Shown: positions 10,873 through 19,843 of the stretch, in pieces | Numbering within the stretch: position 1 is the stretch's first letter | Layout: every line of letters begins with the position of its first letter | Source: Patescibacteria group bacterium | Lineage (GTDB): Bacteria > Patescibacteriota > Patescibacteriia > UBA1558 > GWA2-36-10 | Assembly: GCA_041665545.1 (NCBI GenBank) | Contig: JBAYIQ010000002.1 | Span: 66,369 to 130,368, forward strand | DNA length: 64,000 bases | Direction: 5' to 3' | The notes under the pieces: generated by a model | What the model was told of the DNA's origin: nothing | What the model saw: only the letters and a program-made list of their open reading frames with translations | Databases searched by the model: none | Program-made: the position numbers and the translations under genes

Positions 10873-11047
10873 CTAAATTTTGCCAACTGCTTGCCCTCCG
10901 AAGTCCGAAGGACGTAGGAGGGAGCTAACGGCCCTGAACTATTCGTCGCTTCGCTCCTAGAGTTTCGGGGCCTAAGCCCCATAACTTTCAAGCGAGCAAA
11001 ATAATTATAACTGGCTGCGTCAACCGAAGCTCCGAAGGAGCGAAGGT

Positions 11048-11108
11048 TGGTCGGGGTGGCGGGACTTGCCACCGCCTATGGCGGGGTCCCGCCCGCGGCG
11101 GGAAACCC
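11048..11108 (-). pseudogene. tRNA-Pro 3' fragment with 35-nt T-loop insertion
   Basis: GGGTT[insert 11069-11103]CAAGTCCCGCCACCCCGACCA. Confidence 0.8.
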
Positions 11109-11149
11109 ACCAAAACTTTAACTAAATTTATTACTTTTATTTTGAAGAA

Positions 11150-11225
11150 TGGTCGGGGTGATCAGACTCGAACTGACGACCTCGGCGTCCCGAACGCCGC
11201 GCGCTACCAACTGCGCCACACCCCG
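11150..11225 (-). tRNA. tRNA-Pro(CGG)
   Basis: CGGGGTG acceptor; anticodon loop TTCGGGA; CCA. Confidence 0.95.
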
Positions 11226-11479
11226 CCTACGCCAAGGCTTCGGCGGGCTTATAGCCCGTTAGCATTGACATACTTTATATTCAAACTTCTTGTCCTCCAA
11301 AGCTTTAGCGACGGAGGACATCACACTACTCCTCCTCGCTTCACTCGTCGTCGAGTTCACGGCACTGCCGTTTAGATAATTCTAGCAAATCCGACGGTTT
11401 TACTCAATAAAAAATCACCTTATAAGTGACGCTGTATAATACAATAAATAAACAATTTTGTAAATAAATATCTCCGACT

Positions 11480-11941
11480 TTATTTATTCAGAAAAAAATT
11501 AGCTAACAAATGAAAAGTAACAATTTTTGACATAAACAAAGCACCCAGCACAATTAACACTGCACCAAAAGCCGCGCTCCAAGTAAATTTTTCACCTAAA
11601 AAAATTATGGCCAAAACAAAAACAAAAACAATGCTCAGGCGATCAATGGCTGAGGCAGTCGAAGCTTGACCTTTTTGAATAGCATAAAAATAAAACAACC
11701 AAGACAGAGCTCCGGCAATACCACTCAAAAAAATAAAGAGTAGTGCTTTACCTTCTATGGTGTGTAGCAATGATGTTTTTTTCAAAGATAAAGAAACCAA
11801 AACCAAAAAGACAGCCATAATCACTGACCGCACTGTTGTAGCCAAAGTGCTATCAATATTTTTTAAGCCGATTTTACCAAAAATCGCAACTAGGGCTGCA
11901 AAGACGGCTGATAATAAAGCATAAATTATCCAAAGTGGCAT
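11480..11941 (-). CDS. EamA/DMT family transporter
   Basis: ALLSAVFAALVAIFGKIGL..DSTLATTVR; LGEK motif. Confidence 0.9.
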   Translation of the reverse strand: MPLWIIYALLSAVFAALVAIFGKIGLKNIDSTLATTVRSVIMAVFLVLVSLSLKKTSLLHTIEGKALLFIFLSGIAGALSWLFYFYAIQKGQASTASAIDRLSIVFVFVLAIIFLGEKFTWSAAFGAVLIVLGALFMSKIVTFHLLANFFLNK

Positions 11942-11963
11942 ATTTATTTTTTTAATTAATTAT

Positions 11964-12028
11964 TGGAGCAGGTGATCCCGCCGTTGGCGGGACGATCTCT
12001 TGCCCCGCCTTGCCGAAGCCAATGCTCT
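11964..12028 (-). pseudogene. Degenerate tRNA-Gly 3' fragment with T-arm replaced by hairpin
   Basis: AAGAGATCG-TCCCGCCAACGGCGGGA-TCACCTGCTCCA versus AAGAGATCG...CTCGCTCCA in the tRNA. Confidence 0.65.
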
Positions 12029-12045
12029 TATTTAACATAATAATG

Positions 12046-12121
12046 TGGAGCGAGAGACGGGACTCGAACCCGCGATCTCTTCCTTGGGAAGGAAGCATTC
12101 TACCAGCTGAACTACTCTCGC
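12046..12121 (-). tRNA. tRNA-Gly(CCC)
   Basis: CTTCC-TTCCCAA-GGAAG anticodon arm; U73; CCA. Confidence 0.95.
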
Positions 12122-12150
12122 ACAACCTTAAGTATTTTTAATTTTTAATA

Positions 12151-12206
12151 CTGCCACGGCGAGGCAGGTTGGGAAGCAAGCATTCTACCAACTGAACTAT
12201 GCCCGC
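12151..12206 (-). pseudogene. tRNA-Gly(CCC) 5' half ending at the anticodon loop in a CCTGCC..GGCAG hairpin
   Basis: GCGGGCATAGTTCAGTTGGTAGAATGCTTGCTTCCCAA then CCTGCCTCGCCGTGGCAG. Confidence 0.8.
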
Positions 12207-12209
12207 CAA

Positions 12210-14798
12210 TTAATGACTAGCCGTCACTATCTTTTTACCAGAATGCGCCGCTATATCAAAATCGTATTTTTTATAAAATATCCTTTTACCAATTTCTACA
12301 AAGACAAAATATACCAGCACAATCAAGACAATAGCCATGACCATGGCCAGGGGTGGTCTCCCAAATTGAAAGTATCTACCTACCGCCGTAAATGGTATTA
12401 TCCAACCCAAAGTCACGCAAGTCAAGGTACTAAACAATAAATATTTACTGGGCCGACTCTGGATAAATGGTAATTTCTTAGTCCTGATGAAATGAATAAC
12501 CAAAGTCTGAGTGGCTAGGGATTCCATAAACCAACCAGCTTGAAATACGGATTGGCTAGCGTGAAAAACACTGTACAAAACATAAAAAGTCAAAAAGTCA
12601 AAAATTGAACTAATGGGTCCAATCCACAACATGAAGCGTTTGATAAATTGCATGTTCCAACGACGCGGTTTCTGCAGCCAATCTTGGTCAACGTTGTCAG
12701 TCGGTATGGTCACCTGCGAAAAATCATAAATAAAATTATTCAACAAAATTTGAATTGGCAACATCGGCAAAAAAGGCACAAAAAATACCACCAAACTCAT
12801 GCTAAACATATTGCCAAAATTGGAACTCAAACCCATCATGATGTATTTCATGGTATTGCCAAAGGCCTTCCGACCTTCCAACAAACCATCTTTCAAAATC
12901 TCCAAATTTTTGTGCGTCAAAACAATATCCGCTGACTCTTTGGCCACATCCACCGCGTTGTTGACGGAAATGCCAACATCAGCGGCTTTGAGCGATGGCG
13001 CGTCATTGATGCCGTCACCCAAATAGCCAACCACGTGGCCATTGGCCCGCAAAGCAGTGATCACTCTGTTTTTTTGCTCTGGAGAAAATCTGGCAAAAAT
13101 GGTTGTTTTCTCAACTATGGCTCCCAAAGCATCATCATTCAAATGCTCCATTTCACTGCCCATGATAGTGCCATGTACGGTCAAACCGACTTCACGACAA
13201 ATTTTGCTAGCCACCAATTCATTGTCCCCAGTAATAACTTTGACGCGCACTCCCACATTGCGCAATTCTTCCAAAACTTGCTTCAAGCCCCGACGTGGCG
13301 GATCAAGAAAAGCCACAAAACCGCAGAGCTCCAAATCATTTTCGTCTTGCTTGCTGTATGACTTTTTTTTATTATCAAATTTTTTGATAGCCACAGCCAA
13401 AACACGATAGCCATCTTTACTCAAATTTTCATAATACTCATGGGCCTTCTTTTGCCAAACTTTCCCAAAATGTATGGCTTTTTTCCCTTGCTGAAAAGTC
13501 TGGCATTTTTTAAAAATTTCTTCGGGCGCACCCTTGGTGATTAATAGTCTACCCTCTTCCCCTTCAACCACCACGCTCATCAAACGCCTGTTAAAATCAA
13601 AAGGTATTTCATCAATTTTTTTATACTTGGTAGTTGCTATTTTTTTGAAATTAACAATAGCTTCATCAAGCGGATTTTTGACTCCGGTTTGGAAATAGCC
13701 GTTGAGATAAGTGTATTTCAAAACCTGCTCGTTATTTTCACCAGCCAAATTTGTGTAAGTCACCAAAACAATTTTGTCCTCCGTCAAAGTGCCAGTTTTG
13801 TCAGTGCACAAAATATCCATGCTACCAAAATTTGGAATGGCCGTTAATTTTTTGACAATTACTCCTTTCTTAGACATCTTCAAGGAGCCACGAGCCATAG
13901 TGATAGACATGATCATGGGCAACAACTCTGGTGTCACACCCACAGCTACTGCAATAGCAAACATGAATGATTCCAAGATACGGTGGTTGATCAGGGAGTT
14001 AAACAAAAAAATAAAGAGCACCAAAAAAATGATTATCTTCATTATGAAATAACCAAATTTTGTGACCCCAATTTCAAATTCACTCTTCTCTTCTTTTTTG
14101 GCTAATTTGTCGGCTATTTGTCCAAATTCAGTTTGGTTACCAATTTTGACCACCACGGCTGTGGCCGAACCACTGACTACACTAGTACCGGCAAAAATTA
14201 TATTATTCAAATCTACCAAAGATAAATTCTGACCACGCAAAATCTTTTTGTCTTTGCCATTGGGGTAGGACTCTCCAGTCAAAGACGACTGATTCACATA
14301 AAGATCTTTGGAGTCAATGATGCGCGCGTCAGCCGGCACTAATTTTCCAGCGCTGACACAAACGATATCACCAATACATATTTGAGAGGCCTTAACTTCT
14401 TTTTTCTGACCATCACGAATGACTGTAGCCATGGTGCGCACTTTTTCTTTTAGACGCTTGGCAGCTTGTCCGGCATTTCGCTCCTCAAAAAAATCCAAAA
14501 TCACACTCAGTAGTATCATAACCGCCACAATGACAGCATTTTTTATTTCACCCAAATAGGCCGAGATAGCTGATACTATCAACAAAATGATTATCAGCGG
14601 ACTTTTGAAATACGAAAGAAACTCCAAAACAACATTGCGCTCTTTTCTTTCTTCAATGGTGTTGTAACCACAGGTGGCATGGCGTTTCAGAGTTGTACTT
14701 TCTGACAATCCCTTTTCACTGCTGTCTACCAAGGACAAAACTTCAGGCGCCTCAAGCGTGGCAAAATATTCTAGTTTTTTATCTAAGACGTCTTTCAT
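12210..14798 (-). CDS. mgtA: Magnesium-translocating P-type ATPase
   Basis: TGES, TPELLP, DKTGTLT, GDGIND, SSNFGN motifs. Confidence 0.93.
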   Translation of the reverse strand: MKDVLDKKLEYFATLEAPEVLSLVDSSEKGLSESTTLKRHATCGYNTIEERKERNVVLEFLSYFKSPLIIILLIVSAISAYLGEIKNAVIVAVMILLSVILDFFEERNAGQAAKRLKEKVRTMATVIRDGQKKEVKASQICIGDIVCVSAGKLVPADARIIDSKDLYVNQSSLTGESYPNGKDKKILRGQNLSLVDLNNIIFAGTSVVSGSATAVVVKIGNQTEFGQIADKLAKKEEKSEFEIGVTKFGYFIMKIIIFLVLFIFLFNSLINHRILESFMFAIAVAVGVTPELLPMIMSITMARGSLKMSKKGVIVKKLTAIPNFGSMDILCTDKTGTLTEDKIVLVTYTNLAGENNEQVLKYTYLNGYFQTGVKNPLDEAIVNFKKIATTKYKKIDEIPFDFNRRLMSVVVEGEEGRLLITKGAPEEIFKKCQTFQQGKKAIHFGKVWQKKAHEYYENLSKDGYRVLAVAIKKFDNKKKSYSKQDENDLELCGFVAFLDPPRRGLKQVLEELRNVGVRVKVITGDNELVASKICREVGLTVHGTIMGSEMEHLNDDALGAIVEKTTIFARFSPEQKNRVITALRANGHVVGYLGDGINDAPSLKAADVGISVNNAVDVAKESADIVLTHKNLEILKDGLLEGRKAFGNTMKYIMMGLSSNFGNMFSMSLVVFFVPFLPMLPIQILLNNFIYDFSQVTIPTDNVDQDWLQKPRRWNMQFIKRFMLWIGPISSIFDFLTFYVLYSVFHASQSVFQAGWFMESLATQTLVIHFIRTKKLPFIQSRPSKYLLFSTLTCVTLGWIIPFTAVGRYFQFGRPPLAMVMAIVLIVLVYFVFVEIGKRIFYKKYDFDIAAHSGKKIVTASH

Positions 14799-14989
14799 GG
14801 CTGGCTTAATTTTAGCATATTCACTTAAAAATAAAAAACCGCCGACACTTTTGGGTCATGATCCACACAATACTTTAATTTCATACTACGGTGTGGATTC
14901 CCGCCTACGCCCGCTTCGCCGCGAGGCGAGCGGGAATGACAATAAAAAAGTCGGCGGTTTTTTCCAAAAAAGAAAGCGAGGTTTTTTAT

Positions 14990-15781
14990 TTACTTAAATA
15001 TTGTCTCTAACAATTTAGCAGTGAGTTTTAAGGGATAATATAAAATATTATTTTTATAATGTTTATCTAAAACATAGCCATATGAGGTGAACATATAACG
15101 ATTGCGGCTGGAAGATGGCAGACCGACATGCAAAACCTTAATAGCTGGGTCGTACATTACTTTTGCTTTATTTTGTCTGGCTCTTAAACATAGCTCTAAT
15201 TCTTCATAGTATAAAAATATTTTATCATCAAAGCCGTGTAATTCATCAAAAATATTTCTTTCGATTAAAAAAACGGCTCCCGACACCCAAGCCGCCTCAA
15301 TCACTTTATTTTGCGGTCTCCAAAAAGATATTCCAATCGATCCAAGCAAGCGAGCTAATAGACTATGCAATTCGCCATAATCCCAAGCTTGTTGTCGCCC
15401 ATTTTTATTAACTAATTTTGGACCGACAATTTTTACTGAGCTATCTGACAAAAAACAATCCAGCATTCTGCTGATTGTTTTTTCTTCGATAAACAAAATA
15501 TCAGGATTAAGAATCAATAAATATTTAGCATCAATCTTTTTGGCTAAAATATTGTGTCCACCACCAAAACCAACATTTTTGTTATTTTTATAAAATTCAA
15601 TTTGATTATGTTGTTTGTATTTTAATTGCAAATCGCCCAAATCGTCAGATGAGTCATTATCTAAAATCAATATTTTATAGGATATATTTGAATTTTTTAG
15701 ATCTTTCAAAATAGAATCCAAACATCCGACCAAATATTTTTTGGTATTATAGTTTACTATTTGAATGGATAAATCAAACAT
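14990..15781 (-). CDS. Glycosyltransferase family 2
   Basis: SIQIVNYN, LILNPD, YYEELELCLR; likely start MFDLS at 15781. Confidence 0.9.
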   Translation of the reverse strand: MFDLSIQIVNYNTKKYLVGCLDSILKDLKNSNISYKILILDNDSSDDLGDLQLKYKQHNQIEFYKNNKNVGFGGGHNILAKKIDAKYLLILNPDILFIEEKTISRMLDCFLSDSSVKIVGPKLVNKNGRQQAWDYGELHSLLARLLGSIGISFWRPQNKVIEAAWVSGAVFLIERNIFDELHGFDDKIFLYYEELELCLRARQNKAKVMYDPAIKVLHVGLPSSSRNRYMFTSYGYVLDKHYKNNILYYPLKLTAKLLETIFK

Positions 15782-15793
15782 AATTGAATTAAT

Positions 15794-15887
15794 TGGTCGT
15801 CCCGCTGGGACTCGCCACCGCCTCCCATTCGGGCCTGAGCCCTCAGGGCCGAAGGCTGGCGGGGTCCCGCCCACGGCGGGAAACCCG
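15794..15887 (-). pseudogene. tRNA 3' fragment (identity uncertain) with T-loop element that holds a nested hairpin
   Basis: CGGGTT[insert 15815-15881]CGAGTCCCAGCGGGACGACCA. Confidence 0.7.
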
Positions 15888-15947
15888 TCACACCCCCACT
15901 TTACCTGCCCGCCGAACTAAGCACTAAAATTATTTTATTAAAAAGTA

Positions 15948-16038
15948 TGGTGGGTATACCTGGACTTGAACCAGGGACCCCGACTTTATCCTCCTGCGCC
16001 TCGCTACTCTCGGCTACGGAGGACAGGTAAGAGTCGTG
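15948..16038 (-). pseudogene. tRNA-Ile(UAU) 3' two-thirds with 39-nt insertion in the anticodon
   Basis: CACGACTCTTA[15989-16027]TAAAGTCGGGGTCCCTGGTTCAAGTCCAGGTATACCCACCA. Confidence 0.85.
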
Positions 16039-16056
16039 TTTATATGTATCCGCCGC

Positions 16057-16133
16057 TGGTGGGCATAGATGGACTTGAACCATCGACCCCGACTTTATAA
16101 GAGTCGTGCTCTAACCGACTGAGCTATATGCCC
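16057..16133 (-). tRNA. tRNA-Ile(UAU)
   Basis: CGACT-CTTATAA-AGTCG anticodon arm; GGGC acceptor; A73; CCA. Confidence 0.92.
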
Positions 16134-16212
16134 CCCAGCGACAGACAATATTAAAAAATTAAAATGCTTGATGCAGATATTATAATTAAAGTTTGCTGTT
16201 TTGTGAAGCGCC

Positions 16213-17322
16213 TTAATTGTGCCCCAACAATTTTATGGCTTCCGATATTCTAGTAACCAAAAGTTCTTTGGATTTTTCTAAAGGATAATCAATGGTTAAT
16301 TTGACTAAATTCTTGCTACCCTGCGGGCTCAAATCCCTAAGCAAATCAAAAGCATTTATATTTTCCGTAGAATAAATCCAGGCCTCGGTTTTTTCCAATT
16401 CTAATTGGTAAAATATTATAGCCACCTGAGTTTGGGGTGTAGATAAAATAAGGTCTTTGACCAACTCTTGAAAATCCTGTGGCAAGGTATCCATATCCGC
16501 ATGCTCTAGATAGGAAAATATTATTCTCCCCCGTTGTTTCAAGCGGGATAAGATACGACCCCAATTTTTCAATGTCGCAATATCCTTGGTGCGATAAAGC
16601 TCTTCAATTATTTTTTGTCTAGTTGCTCCTTTGACTATCAGCTGACTAGCAATCTCCAAAAGCGCTGGCGTCACTAATGGTGACTGAAAACTATTGGTAG
16701 CGCTAATAATGCCGGCCAAAAGACAAGTAGCCATGTCTTTGCTTATATTGTCTTGAAAAAAATAATAACTTATCTCCGCAAGCGAAGAAGAGCTTAACTC
16801 CACCACATTCAATTGACCAAAATTTTCATTCAAGATAGAGCGATCAATATTGATAATGTCGGTATTATTAAAAAAATCTCGGTGTTCAGAAAAAGTACTG
16901 CCCAGTGCTTCAAATCCACCAGCCCCCAAAGTAATGACTAAATCATAAACTAAATCGCCTCTTTCGGTTTTGACATTGCGACTTTCAAAATTACCATTCT
17001 CTGGCAAAATATTTATTCGCAATTCATCACCAGCTAGATCGTAGCTAAACTGTTTTACTTTTACTTGGGACACATCCAAAATTATCTGAAACTTATTGGC
17101 CTCATCTAGATTATTTTTTATAGCCAAAGTACTGGGCAAGAAATTCCAAGATTGATATTTGCCAATCAAACAAATATCGGCCTGTTTATTTTGTTCATGC
17201 AAAAAAATCTGCCAAGCGCAGGCCGTGGCCACAATATCGACAGAAGGATCTTGCGGTCCAGTAATCAAAATATTATTAGCTTTTGACAACAAATTATTTA
17301 ATTCTTTAACGGGAATTTCCAT
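16213..17322 (-). CDS. DHH-family (NrnA-like) protein with degenerate motifs
   Basis: INIDRS in place of DHH, ENFGQLN, ATCLLAGIISATNSF. Confidence 0.8.
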   Translation of the reverse strand: MEIPVKELNNLLSKANNILITGPQDPSVDIVATACAWQIFLHEQNKQADICLIGKYQSWNFLPSTLAIKNNLDEANKFQIILDVSQVKVKQFSYDLAGDELRINILPENGNFESRNVKTERGDLVYDLVITLGAGGFEALGSTFSEHRDFFNNTDIINIDRSILNENFGQLNVVELSSSSLAEISYYFFQDNISKDMATCLLAGIISATNSFQSPLVTPALLEIASQLIVKGATRQKIIEELYRTKDIATLKNWGRILSRLKQRGRIIFSYLEHADMDTLPQDFQELVKDLILSTPQTQVAIIFYQLELEKTEAWIYSTENINAFDLLRDLSPQGSKNLVKLTIDYPLEKSKELLVTRISEAIKLLGHN

Positions 17323-17476
17323 TTTTATCTTGTTTTTAACTACTAAATTTATATCAACTTTGGATAAATGTCAATGTTTACGAGATATGCACCATAAAAT
17401 ATATAAAATTAGCCATACTGTTTTCCTTGACTTTTTTTTTAAAATATAGTAAATTATGGGCTAATATAACAGAAAA

Positions 17477-19453
17477 ATGAATACTAGTGTCCTAGCTAGA
17501 CAATTGAAAGTAACCACCAGCGAGCTCCTAGAAAAACTACCAGAGCTTGGTTTTGATATTGGTGGCAAGGCGCTAAAAATCAATGATCATCTTGTTCCAA
17601 AAATAATTGAAGCTTGGAAAAAAGACGAAAAGAAAAGAGCTTTCAAGGAAAGCCAATCTCAAATTACTGAAATACGTGCCAAAGACAAAACAGCTCCCCT
17701 TGAACAAAAAGAAATTATTGTTGGTGACACTATCGTGGTCAAAGATCTGGCGGAAATTATGAAACTTCCCATCGCTCGTCTCATGGGCGAACTAATGAAA
17801 AATGGCATTATGGTTTCGCTGAACGAAAAAGTTGATTTTGACACAGCTACTATTATTGCCGAAGACCTTGGTTTCAAAGTAAACAAGAGTGAGCAGACAA
17901 GTGTAGAAGAAACTAGCCATAAAGAAAAATTAACTCAGCTTTTATCAACTCGCGCTATTGGCGATACCAAAGCACCAGTGGTAGTGGTCATGGGTCATGT
18001 TGACCATGGCAAAACAAAATTATTGGACGCTATCCGCTCGACCAATGTAGTTGACCAAGAAGCTGGCGGCATTACCCAACACATCGGCGCTTACCAAGTA
18101 GAAACTCACGGTCGACCCATTACTTTTTTGGATACTCCTGGACACGAGGCGTTCAAAGCCATGCGCTCTCGTGGCGGACAGGTGGCTGACATCGCTATTT
18201 TGGTGGTGGCCGCTGATGATGGCCTGCAACCGCAAACTTTGGAAAGTATTGCTGTCATCCAAAAAGAAAATTTACCCTTTGTTATCGCCATTAACAAAAT
18301 TGACAAGCCAGGTGCTGACATTGACCGCCTAAAACAACAATTAGTAGAAATAAATTTGATGCCCGAAGACTGGGGTGGTAAAGTAATTTGCCAGCCGATT
18401 TCCGCTTTGAAAAAAGAAGGTATTTCTGAGTTACTAGACATGATATTACTGGTGGCTGACATGGAAAATTTCAAAGCCGATGTCGCAGGATCAGCTGTTG
18501 GTACTATTATTGAGTCCCACCTAGACCCGGGCGAAGGTCCAGTGGCTACAGTCTTGGTGCAAGCCGGCACTTTGCAAGTTGGCGATATGATTATTGTCGG
18601 TCAGGTGCCAGGAAAAATAAAAATGCTCAAAAACTGGAAAGGCCAAAACCAAACTTCAGCTGGCCCAGCTACGCCTGTAAAAATTTTGGGCTTAAAACAA
18701 TTACCGCAAATTGGAGAAATTTTGGAAGTAATCACTGACAAAAAAGACTACAAAAACAAACTCAAAAATATTGATAATAATTTCCGGCCCTCAAGTATCA
18801 ATAATAGTAGCAATAGCAATGGCAACAAAAAAGAAGAAGGTGATGAAAATGCCACTACCTTGCGCTTGATCATCAAATCCGATGTTTTGGGCTCAGCCGA
18901 AGCCATCGAAGAGTCTCTAAGAAAAATCGCTGTCTCTGGCGCTAGAATTCAAGTCATTAAAAAAGGCCTAGGCCTTTTCAATGAAACTGATGTGCTCAAT
19001 GCTGCCGCTCAGCAAAGCATCTTAGTTGGCTTTCATATCAAAGAAAATAAAAATATTATCAATCTGGCTCAAGAAAAAGGTGTTACTGTCCTCTACTTTG
19101 ATATTATTTATAAACTGCTGGAAGACATTGAAAAACGCTTGATAAATATCAAGGCCAAAAAAACCATCCACAAAATTATTGGCAAGATGCAAGTCTTGGC
19201 TATCTTCAAATCACAAAAAAATAGCATGATTGTTGGTGGCAAAATTATTGACGGCCTGATCACCAAAAAATGTAATGTTAAAGTAATGAAAAATGGTGAG
19301 ATGGAAGCTATTGGTAAAATAATCAGCTTGCAATCAGCCAAACAAGAAATGAATGAAGTGGTGGCTGGCAATGAAGCTGGTATTGAGTACCAAGGCGACC
19401 CTATAATCGCTGTGGGTGATACTTTGGAATTTTTTGAAGAAAGCTATGAGTAA
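17477..19453 (+). CDS. infB: Translation initiation factor IF-2
   Basis: GHVDHGKT, DTPGHEAF, NKID. Confidence 0.98.
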   Translation: MNTSVLARQLKVTTSELLEKLPELGFDIGGKALKINDHLVPKIIEAWKKDEKKRAFKESQSQITEIRAKDKTAPLEQKEIIVGDTIVVKDLAEIMKLPIARLMGELMKNGIMVSLNEKVDFDTATIIAEDLGFKVNKSEQTSVEETSHKEKLTQLLSTRAIGDTKAPVVVVMGHVDHGKTKLLDAIRSTNVVDQEAGGITQHIGAYQVETHGRPITFLDTPGHEAFKAMRSRGGQVADIAILVVAADDGLQPQTLESIAVIQKENLPFVIAINKIDKPGADIDRLKQQLVEINLMPEDWGGKVICQPISALKKEGISELLDMILLVADMENFKADVAGSAVGTIIESHLDPGEGPVATVLVQAGTLQVGDMIIVGQVPGKIKMLKNWKGQNQTSAGPATPVKILGLKQLPQIGEILEVITDKKDYKNKLKNIDNNFRPSSINNSSNSNGNKKEEGDENATTLRLIIKSDVLGSAEAIEESLRKIAVSGARIQVIKKGLGLFNETDVLNAAAQQSILVGFHIKENKNIINLAQEKGVTVLYFDIIYKLLEDIEKRLINIKAKKTIHKIIGKMQVLAIFKSQKNSMIVGGKIIDGLITKKCNVKVMKNGEMEAIGKIISLQSAKQEMNEVVAGNEAGIEYQGDPIIAVGDTLEFFEESYE

Positions 19454-19772
19454 GCGTCCGGCCCAAGTAGGAGAATATTTACGCCAGCAAATCAACAATA
19501 TAATTTTGCGTGATTTTGAGCCACCCATGGGCACGCTCATTAGCGTCACTGAAGTCACTATTTCGCCAGACCTCAAAAATGCTACAGCTTATGTCAGTAT
19601 CATCCCCCAAAATCACTTGGGTTCAGGACTGACGGCCATCAAAAAATTTGCTGGTCATATTCAAAAAGAAATTGGTCGCAACTTGACTATGCGCGGGACG
19701 CCTCATTTGAATTTTGAGCTTGATGAACGTGATATAAAATACGGACGCATTGATGAGGCATTGAAAAAATAG
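19446..19772 (+). CDS. rbfA: Ribosome-binding factor A
   Basis: VTEVTISPDLKNATAYVS; TPHLNFELD; follows infB. Confidence 0.93.
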   Translation: MSKRPAQVGEYLRQQINNIILRDFEPPMGTLISVTEVTISPDLKNATAYVSIIPQNHLGSGLTAIKKFAGHIQKEIGRNLTMRGTPHLNFELDERDIKYGRIDEALKK

Positions 19773-19843
19773 ATTAAAATAAAAAACACTCGAGAAAATT
19801 TGAGTGTTTTTTGATTATAATATATTTTATTTAGTATATAAAG

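Noticed and set aside
10215-11375. ORF-track proteins over the tRNA cluster
   Set aside because: Shadow frames produced by GC-rich tRNAs and palindromes.
11964-12206. Trans-spliced split tRNA-Gly
   Set aside because: Acceptor strands match imperfectly, the T-arm is destroyed, and an intact gene lies between the halves.
15782-15874. 31-aa N-terminal extension of the GT2 enzyme
   Set aside because: It is translated tRNA-fragment and palindrome DNA; the GT2 fold begins at MFDLS.
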